Below, one piece after another: positions 27,733 through 37,462 of a stretch of DNA of 64,000 nucleotides. Each line of letters begins with the position of its first letter. Position 1 is the stretch's first letter. The stretch comes from Hadesarchaea archaeon. Lineage in GTDB: Archaea; Hadarchaeota; Hadarchaeia; Hadarchaeales; Hadarchaeaceae. Below the pieces are notes generated by a model. That model was not told the origin of the DNA, did no database searches, and was given only the letters and a program-made list of their open reading frames with translations. Both the position numbers and the translations under genes were made by a program. The stretch lies in the NCBI GenBank assembly GCA_029259175.1, contig JAPDJH010000002.1, positions 96,001 to 160,000 on the forward strand, read 5' to 3'.

Positions 27733-28970
27733 GTCCCCATCTCCCAAGAGCGCTGATATTCTTGTTGTTCGGGAGTGAGTGGCTCGAGTTCTACTCCCAT
27801 TGCCTTTAGCTTGAGAGTCACTACTTTCCGATCTATTTCGGGTGGAACGTTGTAGACCCCGGGCTCCATCTGGCTGCCATACTTTGCCAAGTACTCGACA
27901 GACAATGCTTGTAATGAGAAACTCAGATCCATTATTTCGATGGGATGCCCCAGTGATCTTCTGCCGGCGAGGTTCACCAACCGCCCCTCCGTGAGCAGAT
28001 ACAATCTTCTGCCGTTTCGCAACGTGAATTCTTCCACGTCTTCCATAATCTTTCTGCGTTTTTTGCTGATTTGTGCGAGTCCACCGATGTCTATCTCCAC
28101 GTTGAAGTGGCCAGCATTGCAAAGAATGGCTTTGTCCTTCATTATACGGAAATGCTCTTTGCGGATCACGTGGTAGCTGCCGGTAGCAGTAATAAAAATG
28201 TCTCCCACTCGTGCGGCGTTTCGCATTGGAAGCACTTCAAATCCTTCGAAAGTAGCTTCTAGGGCCTTCACGGGATCAGATTCCACCACAACGACCCTAG
28301 CCCCCAGACCTCTAGCTCTCGAGGCAATCCCTCGTCCCACGAAGCCAAAGCCGATAACCACCACTTTTTTTCCCGAGATTTGAGTGTTCGTGATGCTCAT
28401 CAGAGCTTGCAGAGTGGACTCTGCTGTTCCGAACCTGTTATCAAAGTACCGTTTACCCGGCGAATCGTTGACGGCTATCACGGGGATTCGCAATACTCGA
28501 TCCCGTTCCATAGCTTTCAAGCGTATGACTCCGGTGGTAGTCTCCTCTGAGGCACCCAGGATCTGAGTTATCAACTTGGGTTTTTTGTGTGCGAGCACTA
28601 TGAGGTCTCCACCGTCGTCGATCAAAATATCTGGCTTGGTAGCCAAAACTCGGTTCAGATTCTTATAATATTCTTGCTTGCTTTCACCACGTTTGGCGAA
28701 CACCTGTGCTCCCTCTCCGGCGAGAGCCGTAGCCACTTCATCTTTGGTTGAGAGAGGATTGCAGCCTGTGATCGCGACTTTTGCACCACCCTCAATGAGT
28801 GTTTTCATCAGGACAGCCGTTTTTGCTTCCACATGCAGCGCCGCACCGATTTGCAAACCCCTGAGCGGCTTTGTTCTAGAAAAATGAGACATGATTTGGC
28901 TCAAGACTGGCATGTGGAGCTTTGCCCACTGAATCATTTGCCTACCAACTGTTGTTTTGTCTCGTTTCAT
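27729..28970 (-). CDS. ahcY: S-adenosyl/S-inosyl-L-homocysteine hydrolase
   Basis: CNPLST, DDGGDL, EETTTG, FDNRFGT, NAGHF, GRLVNL, GHP. Confidence 0.95.
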   Translation of the reverse strand: MKRDKTTVGRQMIQWAKLHMPVLSQIMSHFSRTKPLRGLQIGAALHVEAKTAVLMKTLIEGGAKVAITGCNPLSTKDEVATALAGEGAQVFAKRGESKQEYYKNLNRVLATKPDILIDDGGDLIVLAHKKPKLITQILGASEETTTGVIRLKAMERDRVLRIPVIAVNDSPGKRYFDNRFGTAESTLQALMSITNTQISGKKVVVIGFGFVGRGIASRARGLGARVVVVESDPVKALEATFEGFEVLPMRNAARVGDIFITATGSYHVIRKEHFRIMKDKAILCNAGHFNVEIDIGGLAQISKKRRKIMEDVEEFTLRNGRRLYLLTEGRLVNLAGRRSLGHPIEIMDLSFSLQALSVEYLAKYGSQMEPGVYNVPPEIDRKVVTLKLKAMGVELEPLTPEQQEYQRSWEMGT

Positions 28971-30265
28971 CCGGCTCTCTCCACTAAATCCATTGCCATT
29001 TCTTGTGCACGAGAGAGAACTAGTGATTCATCCATAGTCAATACTTGTCGATCCTTCATGATGATTTGTCCGTCGCAGATTACGTCGCTGACGTCGCCAC
29101 CGTTAGCAGCATATACCAAGTGCGAGACCACATCGTGCATTGGTGCTAGGTGAGCCGATCGGAGATTTACCAAAATGATGTCTGCTTTTTTTCCTACCTC
29201 AATACTTCCGATTTCATTTTCCAAGCGCAGAGCTTTGGCTCCTCCAATGGTGGCCATTTCGAGGGTTTCCCACGTGTTCACAACCGTGGGATTGTTTTCT
29301 CTGACTTTGGCAATCAAGCTGCAGATTTTCATTTCTTCGAACATGTCAAGATTGTTGTTGCTTGCTGCGCCGTCCGTTCCAATCCCTACCGTGATCCCTT
29401 CACGTAAATAGCGGGCGATTGGAGCAATCCCGGAAGCCAGCTTGAGATTGCTCACGGGGTTGTGGGCGATCTTTACGTTTCTTTGTTTTAGTATTCTCAT
29501 TTCTTCATCGTTCACTTTTACGCAGTGAGCAGCGAGGACTTCTGGACCGAGAAATCCTATTTGTTCCAAAAACTTGATGGGACGCTCTCCTTGAAACTCG
29601 ATAGTGTTTTTGATATCTCCTTCGCTTTCGGACACGTGGATGTGAATCCCCACGTTATGCTTGCGCGCGAGCTCCTTCACCTCTAACAAACACTCCTTCG
29701 AGCACGTGTAGGGCGCATGGGGGCCATACATGGTGAGAATCCGCCCGTTGGCTTTTCCGTGAAATTTTTGCACGAGTTCTGTTCCTTTTACAATTTCCGA
29801 TTTTCGCCTTTCCGGATCTCCAAGTTCGATTATCCCGTAAGACAATACCCCTCGTATGCCCGATTCTTTTACTGCTTTTGCGACCCGATCCATGAAGAAG
29901 TATTGGTCGGCAAAGCATGTTGTTCCGCTTTTGATCATCTCAAGGCAGCCGAGCATTGCGCCCCAGTACACATGGTCGGCAGTCAGGTGAAGCTCCATTG
30001 GCCAAATCTTTTGTTCCAGCCATTCGATTAGCTCCATATCGTCGGCAACACCTCGGAAGAGAACCATTGCTAAATGGGTATGAGCGTTGATTAATCCCGG
30101 TAATACGGCTTTTTGGCGGGCGTCTATTTCGATATCAGCTTTCTGTTTTACTTCCCCGATTTGAGCTATTTTTCCATCTTGGATTAGCACGTCAGTGTTT
30201 TTCAGAACTTGCCGCCGTCCATCACAAGGAATGACAGTTCCCTTCTTGATGAGGATGCTCTCCAT
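28967..30265 (-). CDS. mtaD: 5'-methylthioadenosine/SAH/5'-deoxyadenosine deaminase (MtaD/DadD)
   Basis: PGLINAHTH, GPHAPYTC, HIHVSE, AAHCV, HNPVSNLKLASG, GTDGAASNN. Confidence 0.9.
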   Translation of the reverse strand: MESILIKKGTVIPCDGRRQVLKNTDVLIQDGKIAQIGEVKQKADIEIDARQKAVLPGLINAHTHLAMVLFRGVADDMELIEWLEQKIWPMELHLTADHVYWGAMLGCLEMIKSGTTCFADQYFFMDRVAKAVKESGIRGVLSYGIIELGDPERRKSEIVKGTELVQKFHGKANGRILTMYGPHAPYTCSKECLLEVKELARKHNVGIHIHVSESEGDIKNTIEFQGERPIKFLEQIGFLGPEVLAAHCVKVNDEEMRILKQRNVKIAHNPVSNLKLASGIAPIARYLREGITVGIGTDGAASNNNLDMFEEMKICSLIAKVRENNPTVVNTWETLEMATIGGAKALRLENEIGSIEVGKKADIILVNLRSAHLAPMHDVVSHLVYAANGGDVSDVICDGQIIMKDRQVLTMDESLVLSRAQEMAMDLVERAG

Positions 30266-30269
30266 TTTT

Positions 30270-30776
30270 TCACCTAAGTGCTTTCACAATGGCACGACCG
30301 AATTCGCGGGCAGCTGGAGGGCCATTGGCTGTGATTATCTTCCCGTCGATTTCTACAGATTTTCCAGTATACGTTGCCCCTCCTGCTTCAAGAATTTCGA
30401 TGAACTGACCGTTCCAGATTGTGGCTTTTTTGCCTTTGAGAACTCCAGCTTTTGCCAAGATTCCGGGAGCGATACAAATGGCTCCCAGCACTTTGCCTAG
30501 CTTGGCGGCTTCTCTAGCAATTCGGTGGGCTTCCCGATCTTCGTAATATACGGATGCTCCGGAGCCTCCGATGAAAATCACCGCATCGTATTGAGCGGTG
30601 TCTACCTCGCTGAGCAGGATCTTAGCTTCAGCGGTTCCTCCAAGCATTCCGCGGATAGTTCCACGCTTGGAGCTGGCCACCGCGGTTTCGATTCCAGCTT
30701 TTTCTAGCTCTTCTTGGGTGTGGAACAACTCCTCATCTCTGAAGTTTGCCGGCGCGATTATTAACAACGCCTTCAT
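30270..30776 (-). CDS. DJ-1/PfpI family protein
   Basis: FRDEE, FIGGSG, GAICIAP nucleophile elbow, ITANGP. Confidence 0.93.
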   Translation of the reverse strand: MKALLIIAPANFRDEELFHTQEELEKAGIETAVASSKRGTIRGMLGGTAEAKILLSEVDTAQYDAVIFIGGSGASVYYEDREAHRIAREAAKLGKVLGAICIAPGILAKAGVLKGKKATIWNGQFIEILEAGGATYTGKSVEIDGKIITANGPPAAREFGRAIVKALR

Positions 30777-30920
30777 GAGCTCAAACGACACTATTCGTTC
30801 AAAATTAAATGTGTTTAGGATAAAGAGCTAGGTTTTCGTCGTCCAAGAAATCGTAAATTACAAAAGAACCAAGGCTCTATTCTATAGGGGAGGCTGGGGC
30901 CGAGGTATCTCGGTGATGAG

Positions 30921-31766
30921 GTGAAGCTAACCAAAACCTTGGCCTCGGCCGCCCTAGAGCTGGCTCAGGAACTCGGAGCCAAGGCCATTTTAGTTTCTAC
31001 TCAAACTGGACGGACTTATCATATGTTAGAACACATGACCCATGGCCCGCGTGTTATCGCCGCTACCGTTAATCGATCAACCTTTGAACGGCTGAGGGCC
31101 GAGGGTGCCCAAGTTATCTTGATGCCTAGCGGCACAAGGATTCCTCAACTTCAACATGCCATCGGTAGAGCTTGCGTTGAGGGCCTAGTTCAAAGAGGAG
31201 ACGTGCTGGTTTGTTTGATAGGTGAACGACCGGGAGCAGAAGCAGATACTCTTTTCGTTCATCAAGTCAACGGACTGGAAGGTCAGCCTCTCGCTGGTCT
31301 AGATCGTGTTGCCGAAAATGTGATCGAACTTTCGATAAAAATGGCACGCGAGGGAATGGATGGCAAGCCAGTTGGGACTTCCTTCACGATTGGCGATGCT
31401 GGAAAAGTTATGCGGCTCTCGGCCCAAATTGGCATAAACCCCTTCAAGAGCTACAGGATTTCGGTCTTGGATAGAAAGAGCTGGTACCCCATCCGAAGAT
31501 ATGCTCTGGCATGTGAGGGGACATTCGTTGTACGCTCAAATGGTTTGATTGTTGGTGCCGACCGATATCTAAAAGCCGACCATGTTCGTGTTTCCCTACC
31601 CAGCGGCCTCGGAACCAGACATCGTGCGATAGCTCGAATAACCAAAGTCACACGAGCCGTGGGCGTAGTTGTTTCCGAAAGTGATCGCCAAGTTAGGGTT
31701 TTCCGGGAAGGCAAGCTAATCGCCACCATAGACCCGCTTGGCAAGTTGTGGGCCGAGGTTGCGTGA
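30921..31766 (+). CDS. dacZ: Diadenylate cyclase DacZ-like (PK_C-like domain plus DisA_N)
   Basis: REG..GKPVGT.F.IGD, NPF, GLGTRHRA, VVSES; DGA motif appears as EGT. Confidence 0.8.
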   Translation: MKLTKTLASAALELAQELGAKAILVSTQTGRTYHMLEHMTHGPRVIAATVNRSTFERLRAEGAQVILMPSGTRIPQLQHAIGRACVEGLVQRGDVLVCLIGERPGAEADTLFVHQVNGLEGQPLAGLDRVAENVIELSIKMAREGMDGKPVGTSFTIGDAGKVMRLSAQIGINPFKSYRISVLDRKSWYPIRRYALACEGTFVVRSNGLIVGADRYLKADHVRVSLPSGLGTRHRAIARITKVTRAVGVVVSESDRQVRVFREGKLIATIDPLGKLWAEVA

Positions 31767-31813
31767 GCTATACATCGTTTTAAGTCTTCTTTCCACAGGA
31801 TAGAGAGGTGAAT

Positions 31814-33625
31814 ATGGGGAAGAAATTCTACATCACCACACCGATATACTACATAAATGCGGAGCCCCACATAGGACACGCCTACACCACAGTCATAGCC
31901 GATATTTTTGCGCGTTGGCACCGGCTGAAGGGAGAGGATGTTTTTTTCTTAACAGGGTTAGATGAGAATTCAGTCAAAACCGTCCAAGCCGCTAAAGCTC
32001 ACGGATTTTCCGATCCTCAAGCGTATGCTGACTGGATGGCGGAAAAATGGATCAGTGTGTGGAAAACCTTGAACATAAGCTACGATGATTTTATCAGAAC
32101 TACTCAGGAGAGGCACAAACAAAACGTCCGAGCATTATTTACGCGCCTGCGTGAACGTGGAGAACTGTATAAGGGAACTTATCGGGGGCTTTACTGTGAG
32201 GGTTGTGAGGCCTATTTGTCGGAAGAAGAATTGGTAGATGGAAAATGCCCGTTGCACAAAACACCACCAAGAAAAGTGGAGGAAGAAAACTTTTTCTTCA
32301 GGCTTTCAAAGTATCAGGATGCTCTCTTGGAACACATCAAAAAGAACCCAGATTTCATTCAACCGGAAAGCAGACGAAACGAGATAGTTTCTTTCATTCA
32401 ACAGGGACTAAAAGACGTTAGCATTACGCGGCACGGCGCTCAATGGGGTATTGAAGTTCCAGGAGAACCCGATCAGCGCATATGGGTGTGGTTCGATGCT
32501 TTGATCAACTATCTGCTTCCGAGAGATTACTGGCCCGCTGATATTCACCTGATAGCCAAGGACATTTTGCGTTTCCACTGCGTTATCTGGCCAGCTATGC
32601 TGATGGCCGCAGGATACGAACTTCCGAAGTGTATTTTTGCACATGGTTTTATGACAGTGAATGGTCAGAAAATAAGCAAATCATTAGGCAACACTATAAA
32701 TCCTGTTTATCTGGCTCAGAAGTACTCAACAGACGTTCTGAGGTATTTTTTTGCTCGTGAGATTTCTTTTGGTCAAGACGGGGATTTCTCGGAAGAAAAC
32801 CTGTGTAAACGTTTAAACGACGAACTCGCTGATATCTTGGGCAATTTTGTCCATCGGGTGCTCACATTCATAAAGAATTATTTCGATGGGCGCGTGCCAG
32901 AAGGTGAAGTTGACGAAGAATTTTGGTCACAGGTGGTCTCGAAAATAGACAAGATAGACGAGCTGATGGAGAGAGTAGCAATTACGCAGGCGGTGATGGA
33001 AATTCTGATGTTGGCCAAGATTGGAAACGAATACTTCCAAAAGCATTCTCCGTGGGAAACCGTGAAATCTGACCAGAAACGAGCCGCCATGTGCTTGTAT
33101 AACGCGGTCAATTTGGTGAAATCGCTTTGCATTCTGATAACTCCTTTCATGCCTTCGACAGGCAAAGAATTAGCTAATCAACTGAATTACGAAGTTACTT
33201 CTTTAGATCAAGCAAGGCAGCCAGACTTGAAGCCCGGACACGCTATAGGTCAACCGAAGCCGTTGTTCTCCAAAGTAAAAGCGGTTAAAAAGGAAAACTC
33301 TCGGATTTCGCTTGAAGAATTCAAGAAGCTGGATTTGCGCGTGGCCAGAGTAGTCTCCGCTGAGCGCATATCTGGCACCACACGTTTGCTTAAGCTGGAA
33401 ATTGACTTGGGCGATGAATCACGAACGTTGGTCGCCGGGATCGGAGATCAGTATTCTCCGGAGGATTTAGTTGGAAAAAACATAGTGGTTGTCGCCAACC
33501 TAAAACCTGCTAAAATCCGAGGAGTTGTTTCCGATGGGATGCTGTTAGCCGCTGAGGATGAGAAAGGTAAAATTGCGGTGCTTGTTTCCGATAAGGAGGT
33601 TAAGCCAGGGAGTAAGGTGAAGTAG
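31814..33625 (+). CDS. metG: Methionine-tRNA ligase with C-terminal tRNA-binding (Trbp111-like) domain
   Basis: YITTPIYY..HIGH, YCEGCE, WFDAL, KISKS, LDLRVA...NLKPAKIRG. Confidence 0.97.
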   Translation: MGKKFYITTPIYYINAEPHIGHAYTTVIADIFARWHRLKGEDVFFLTGLDENSVKTVQAAKAHGFSDPQAYADWMAEKWISVWKTLNISYDDFIRTTQERHKQNVRALFTRLRERGELYKGTYRGLYCEGCEAYLSEEELVDGKCPLHKTPPRKVEEENFFFRLSKYQDALLEHIKKNPDFIQPESRRNEIVSFIQQGLKDVSITRHGAQWGIEVPGEPDQRIWVWFDALINYLLPRDYWPADIHLIAKDILRFHCVIWPAMLMAAGYELPKCIFAHGFMTVNGQKISKSLGNTINPVYLAQKYSTDVLRYFFAREISFGQDGDFSEENLCKRLNDELADILGNFVHRVLTFIKNYFDGRVPEGEVDEEFWSQVVSKIDKIDELMERVAITQAVMEILMLAKIGNEYFQKHSPWETVKSDQKRAAMCLYNAVNLVKSLCILITPFMPSTGKELANQLNYEVTSLDQARQPDLKPGHAIGQPKPLFSKVKAVKKENSRISLEEFKKLDLRVARVVSAERISGTTRLLKLEIDLGDESRTLVAGIGDQYSPEDLVGKNIVVVANLKPAKIRGVVSDGMLLAAEDEKGKIAVLVSDKEVKPGSKVK

Positions 33626-33627
33626 TT

Positions 33628-34260
33628 TTGATTAAGCTCGATCTCCATGTGCATTCCACATATTCTGTCGATGGCCGGTGTGATATTAAGGATCTCGTCC
33701 GGATAGCAAAAAAGAAAGGTATCGATGGTTTTGCACTCACCGACCACAACACCATCGAGGGGCATAAAGTACTTTCGAGATTTAGGAGGAATGACGTTCT
33801 CATAATTCCGGGCGTGGAAATAACTAGTTCCAAAGGTCACATTGTTGCACTGGGAATTCGAGATCTCATTCCTCGAGGTTTGGAGCCAGCCGAAGTGGTG
33901 GAGAGGATTAAAGAGCAAGGAGGTGTCGCAATAGCGGCGCACCCTTTTGTGCTTGGTCGGAATCCCAGCTTAGTTTTTTCAGCAAAATTTGACGCGGTGG
34001 AGGGGTTAAACGGGCGGGCGTTTTTTCCCGCTAACCAGCTTGCTCAGAAAGTAGCGCACAATCTGAAGCTACCGATGGTTGCGGGTTCGGATGCCCACCG
34101 ATGTGATGAGATCGGGTGTGTTTTTACGAAACTGAATGCGCACTTTTCCATAGATAGCGTGTTGGAGGAGATTCGAAAGGGCAGAACAACCATTGGCGGC
34201 AAGCCCTTGTCATTTCCCAAAGTGCTCTGGAGAAGTCTGATAAAAGTATTCGGAAAATGA
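33628..34260 (+). CDS. PHP-domain metal-dependent phosphoesterase
   Basis: DLHVHSTYS.DG, LTDHN, PGVE, AAHP, GSDAH. Confidence 0.92.
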   Translation: MIKLDLHVHSTYSVDGRCDIKDLVRIAKKKGIDGFALTDHNTIEGHKVLSRFRRNDVLIIPGVEITSSKGHIVALGIRDLIPRGLEPAEVVERIKEQGGVAIAAHPFVLGRNPSLVFSAKFDAVEGLNGRAFFPANQLAQKVAHNLKLPMVAGSDAHRCDEIGCVFTKLNAHFSIDSVLEEIRKGRTTIGGKPLSFPKVLWRSLIKVFGK

Positions 34261-34263
34261 GCG

Positions 34264-34291
34264 CAAGGGCGGGGGAGAACCCCCGCCCTTG
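34264..34291. terminator. Strong GC hairpin between convergent genes
   Basis: CAAGGGCGGGGG-AGAA-CCCCCGCCCTTG, a 12-bp perfect stem. Confidence 0.6.
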
Positions 34292-34316
34292 AGGGAGGCT
34301 GGACCCGAGGCGATGG

Positions 34317-34502
34317 TTATCGTGATTTTCGGGCGTATTCCATCAGTCCTTTGTACCCTAACTCGCGCATCACCCAATCGTGAATCATTTTTCGGACGAC
34401 TTCACTCCGGTTGGTTCCAATACCTACTTTTATCAGATCATCGATGACCTTGAGATACAGGCCGTCTATAAAGACCCGGACTTCAGCCTTTTTTTCCACC
34501 AT
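34317..34502 (-). CDS. Ribbon-helix-helix (CopG/NikR-like) regulator
   Basis: VRVFI..LYLKVIDDLI..G...NRSEVVRKMI. Confidence 0.8.
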   Translation of the reverse strand: MVEKKAEVRVFIDGLYLKVIDDLIKVGIGTNRSEVVRKMIHDWVMRELGYKGLMEYARKSR

Positions 34503-34593
34503 CTTGCCTCCTCTCCTGTTTCAACACCTTTGCTTTGAATTCGCGCTCGAGCTTGGACGGACGCAAGCGTGCAATTGTTTTCAGTTTTATCAT
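34483..34593 (-). CDS. Small basic 36-aa ORF (MIKLKTIARLRPSKLEREFKAKVLKQERRQDGGKKG), absent from the ORF track
   Basis: SD-like GGAGGGTGA just upstream of the ATG; overlaps the RHH start. Confidence 0.4.
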   Translation of the reverse strand: MIKLKTIARLRPSKLEREFKAKVLKQERRQDGGKKG

Positions 34594-34684
34594 CTCACCC
34601 TCCAGCTAGCATCCAGCTAACTTGCATCTATAATCCATCACGAAGGGTTAAAAAGGTTTCGGAGACGTAAAAAAACCGAGCCGA

Positions 34685-35449
34685 TTATTCTGTTGTTTTT
34701 CTGATTATGATTGATTTGTTTTTTCCAAGCCGGATCTCTTGCAGAGCTTTGCTCGCGAGATAAGCAGCTTCTACGGGTTTTTTGGCTCCCCCTATCCCTG
34801 CCTTTAGCTCAACTCCTAAATCCCTCTTTATACGGGCGAATATCTCAACCATACAATCTTCGCCCAATCCATTTGTGATCGCCATGAAGTTGTCACCCCC
34901 CATGTAGAAGGTGAGAGCACCCTCACGCAGGAGCTGACTTGCGAGTTCCTGATAGGTCCGCTGGATCAGAACATGTGTGTCGTAAATGGGCTTGGTGTCG
35001 GTGAAAAGTGTTGAGTGGTTGATGTCCGCATGTGCAATTTCAACCCAACTATCTCGAAGTTTGCCCAAGATCTTACCTACCACTACTCCTTTTCTTTCGG
35101 GAGATCTGGAACTCCCAGCGCTTTGAAGGGCCAGAGTGGCGTTTACTTGGGCTTCGTAAGCTTTTTCTCCAATACCTACTCCCATGCTTGCCGTCAAAGG
35201 AAACTCTTGGGCAAACCCTCTCGCAATACTCTCGTGCTGTTCGAGGCTTATTCCGTTGGTTACCCCTATGAGGTTGTCTTGTCTCGTCTGGAATACCAGC
35301 CCACCAAGTTTCCAGAATTTGGCTTGAAAATACGCATACGCCTTGGCTTGTAGGATTTGGAGCTCTGGCTCCGGGCGAGGTTCTGGGGTGACGGTCCAGG
35401 GCCCGTAGTTGTCCAGCTGAATTACGGTGATTTGAAGCTTGGTCATCAA
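34685..35449 (-). CDS. gch3: GTP cyclohydrolase III (IIa)
   Basis: IQLDNYGPWT.TP.PR.E..LQ, R.DN, AHADIN, GGDNF, LKAGIG. Confidence 0.93.
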   Translation of the reverse strand: MMTKLQITVIQLDNYGPWTVTPEPRPEPELQILQAKAYAYFQAKFWKLGGLVFQTRQDNLIGVTNGISLEQHESIARGFAQEFPLTASMGVGIGEKAYEAQVNATLALQSAGSSRSPERKGVVVGKILGKLRDSWVEIAHADINHSTLFTDTKPIYDTHVLIQRTYQELASQLLREGALTFYMGGDNFMAITNGLGEDCMVEIFARIKRDLGVELKAGIGGAKKPVEAAYLASKALQEIRLGKNKSIIIRKTTE

Positions 35450-35501
35450 GACAAATACGGGTACGATATAAAAATAGGTATATACGGAGAGGTGGCATGC
35501 A

Positions 35502-36848
35502 ATGAAAATATACTGCGAGACCTATGGGTGCACATCCAACAAAGTAGATGCGGAGATCCTGCGAGGGCTGATAGTAGAGTGTGGCCACGAATTAACAGAC
35601 GACATTCTCCAAGCCGATGTGGTCGTTGTGAATACTTGCGCGGTCAAGGGCACCACCTATAAAAGAATGTTAAAGCGATTATCTGAACTCAAAAAATCAG
35701 ATAAACGAATAATCGTTGCCGGGTGCTTGCCCCTCATAGATTTACAAGCTATCAAACACGTCGGAGAGTTTGATGGGATAATCGGATGCAAATCATTGAG
35801 CAAGTTCCCAGAAATGTTAGAACGTATCGGTCGAGGCGAACGAAATCTTACCTTTGTAGAACCCGTCGCTGACAGCAAGCCCATAATGTGTAAGCGCAGA
35901 TACAGCTCGGTCTGTGCGGCCATCCCCATAGCCGAGGGGTGCGTGTCAGCTTGCTCCTATTGTTCGGTTCGATTTGCTCGAGGAAAACTGAGAAGTTTTG
36001 ATCCTGAGCACATCGTGAATGAAGCTAAACAGTTAGTCCGGTCGGGCTATCGAGAGATTCAGCTGACAGCACAAGACACGGCAGCATATGGGCTAGATAT
36101 CGGAATGCGCTTACCAGAGCTCATTCTACACGTGGCGGAGATACCCGGGGATTTCAGGATCCGAGTAGGAATGATGAATCCTCAAAACGTGTTGTCCATG
36201 GTTGATGAGCTGATCGACGCCTTTAGACACGAGCGTGTTTACAAGTTCCTTCATCTTCCAGTACAGTCTGGTTCAGATCGCATTCTGCACACGATGCGGA
36301 GAAACTACTCAGTAGACGAGTTCATACACATCGTTCAGGAATTTCAAAAAAAGATTCAAAATTTATTCTTGTGTACCGATGTGATCGTTGGATTTCCGGG
36401 CGAGTCTGAAGAAGACTTCGTTCAAACCAAAGAACTAATCCGGCTGATAGCTCCGGATAAAACCAACATTTCCAAATTTTACCCCATGCCTGGTACCGAG
36501 GCTGCACACATGCCTCAGCTGAACGGCCGGGTTGTTGCACACCGTTCTCGGGAGCTTTCAGCGCTCTGTCGTGAGATCGGTCGACAAAAGAACGAGTGCT
36601 ATGTGGGGAAAAAGATGACTGGGTTCGTCATAGAACCGGGAGAAAAAGGTGGTTTTATCCTCAGAAGTGAAAACTATAAACAAGTGATAGTGGAACAAGC
36701 AGAAGTTGGGGAATTTCTAAGGGTGAAAATCACTGAGGCTTTTCCTACCTATCTAAGAGGAGAACCGCTACACAACAACTTTTTCGAAAAGTCAAAAAAT
36801 CTCGATGGCGGACGACTACGCCGATGTGCTGAACCTGGACCACGATGA
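35502..36848 (+). CDS. tRNA t6A37 methylthiotransferase (archaeal/eukaryotic MtaB type), radical SAM
   Basis: ETYGCTSN, NTCAV, GCLP, GCVSACSYC, HLPVQSGS, DVIVGFPGE, TRAM domain; the C-terminal tail runs into the island. Confidence 0.92.
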   Translation: MKIYCETYGCTSNKVDAEILRGLIVECGHELTDDILQADVVVVNTCAVKGTTYKRMLKRLSELKKSDKRIIVAGCLPLIDLQAIKHVGEFDGIIGCKSLSKFPEMLERIGRGERNLTFVEPVADSKPIMCKRRYSSVCAAIPIAEGCVSACSYCSVRFARGKLRSFDPEHIVNEAKQLVRSGYREIQLTAQDTAAYGLDIGMRLPELILHVAEIPGDFRIRVGMMNPQNVLSMVDELIDAFRHERVYKFLHLPVQSGSDRILHTMRRNYSVDEFIHIVQEFQKKIQNLFLCTDVIVGFPGESEEDFVQTKELIRLIAPDKTNISKFYPMPGTEAAHMPQLNGRVVAHRSRELSALCREIGRQKNECYVGKKMTGFVIEPGEKGGFILRSENYKQVIVEQAEVGEFLRVKITEAFPTYLRGEPLHNNFFEKSKNLDGGRLRRCAEPGPR

Positions 36849-37077
36849 GTCGGCTGAGTATCTGATCCTGGTGGGGGCGAAGGGCGCGCAGGTGCTCGTC
36901 CCGATCCCGAGCTTCTCGACGTACACGATAACCATCACGACCCTGCCCACCCAGCCGGTCGCGCAGCTCCCGCCGCTCAGGGTCGCGGTCTTCGACGGGA
37001 TCGCTCTCGCCGCGGCGGTCGTGTTCATCGTGTGGAGAAATCTGAGAAAAGGGACGGGAGCAGGTTTACAGCCCTAG
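36805..37077 (+). pseudogene. Orphan C-terminal fragment of a membrane-anchored cell-surface protein
   Basis: T/P-rich linker, TM helix and basic tail (WRNLRK); no signal peptide; GC-rich like 41600-42350. Confidence 0.55.
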
Positions 37078-37201
37078 TTGCCGATTGTTCAGTTGTCGTT
37101 GCAAAGTGGGAGCTGAAAACGCAAAAAATTTTGAGCTTCAAAATTTGGTCTAACCAAATTTAAAGGCGAAGTCCTTCAAATCTTTTTGGGAGGCTGGACA
37201 A

Positions 37202-37411
37202 GTGAATCGAACTCTTGAGGACTCGGAAATCTCGTTTGGCGTCTCCAGCTACAGCTGGATCTTCAACAACCTTGAGAATACTGAGCCCTCCGAGTGGGCC
37301 GTGACTGGGCCGCTGACGATCGTGCCACCGGCTCCTCTCGTCTACTCCCCGACCCATCCGGTGCAGAGCGAGTACCAGGGCTTCTTCCTGAGTGGGGTAA
37401 GGACGCAGTAG
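37202..37411 (+). pseudogene. Internal fragment of a surface protein related to 40575-42614
   Basis: PPAPLVYSPTHP resembles PPAPEVQSDTHP; ends in VQSEYQGFFLSGV, identical to the downstream gene. Confidence 0.6.
37361..37401 (+). repeat. 41-bp exact direct repeat, copy 1 (copy 2 at 42465-42505)
   Basis: GTGCAGAGCGAGTACCAGGGCTTCTTCCTGAGTGGGGTAAG occurs at both positions. Confidence 0.9.
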
Positions 37412-37462
37412 CTGTTGTAACCATGAGCACGAAATGGAATCGCGATGGACTTTATTATCGAG

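Noticed and set aside
37141-37161. Inverted repeat AAATTTGGT-CTA-ACCAAATTT inside the island
   Set aside because: AT-rich, single copy and not tied to an intact gene; insufficient support for a function
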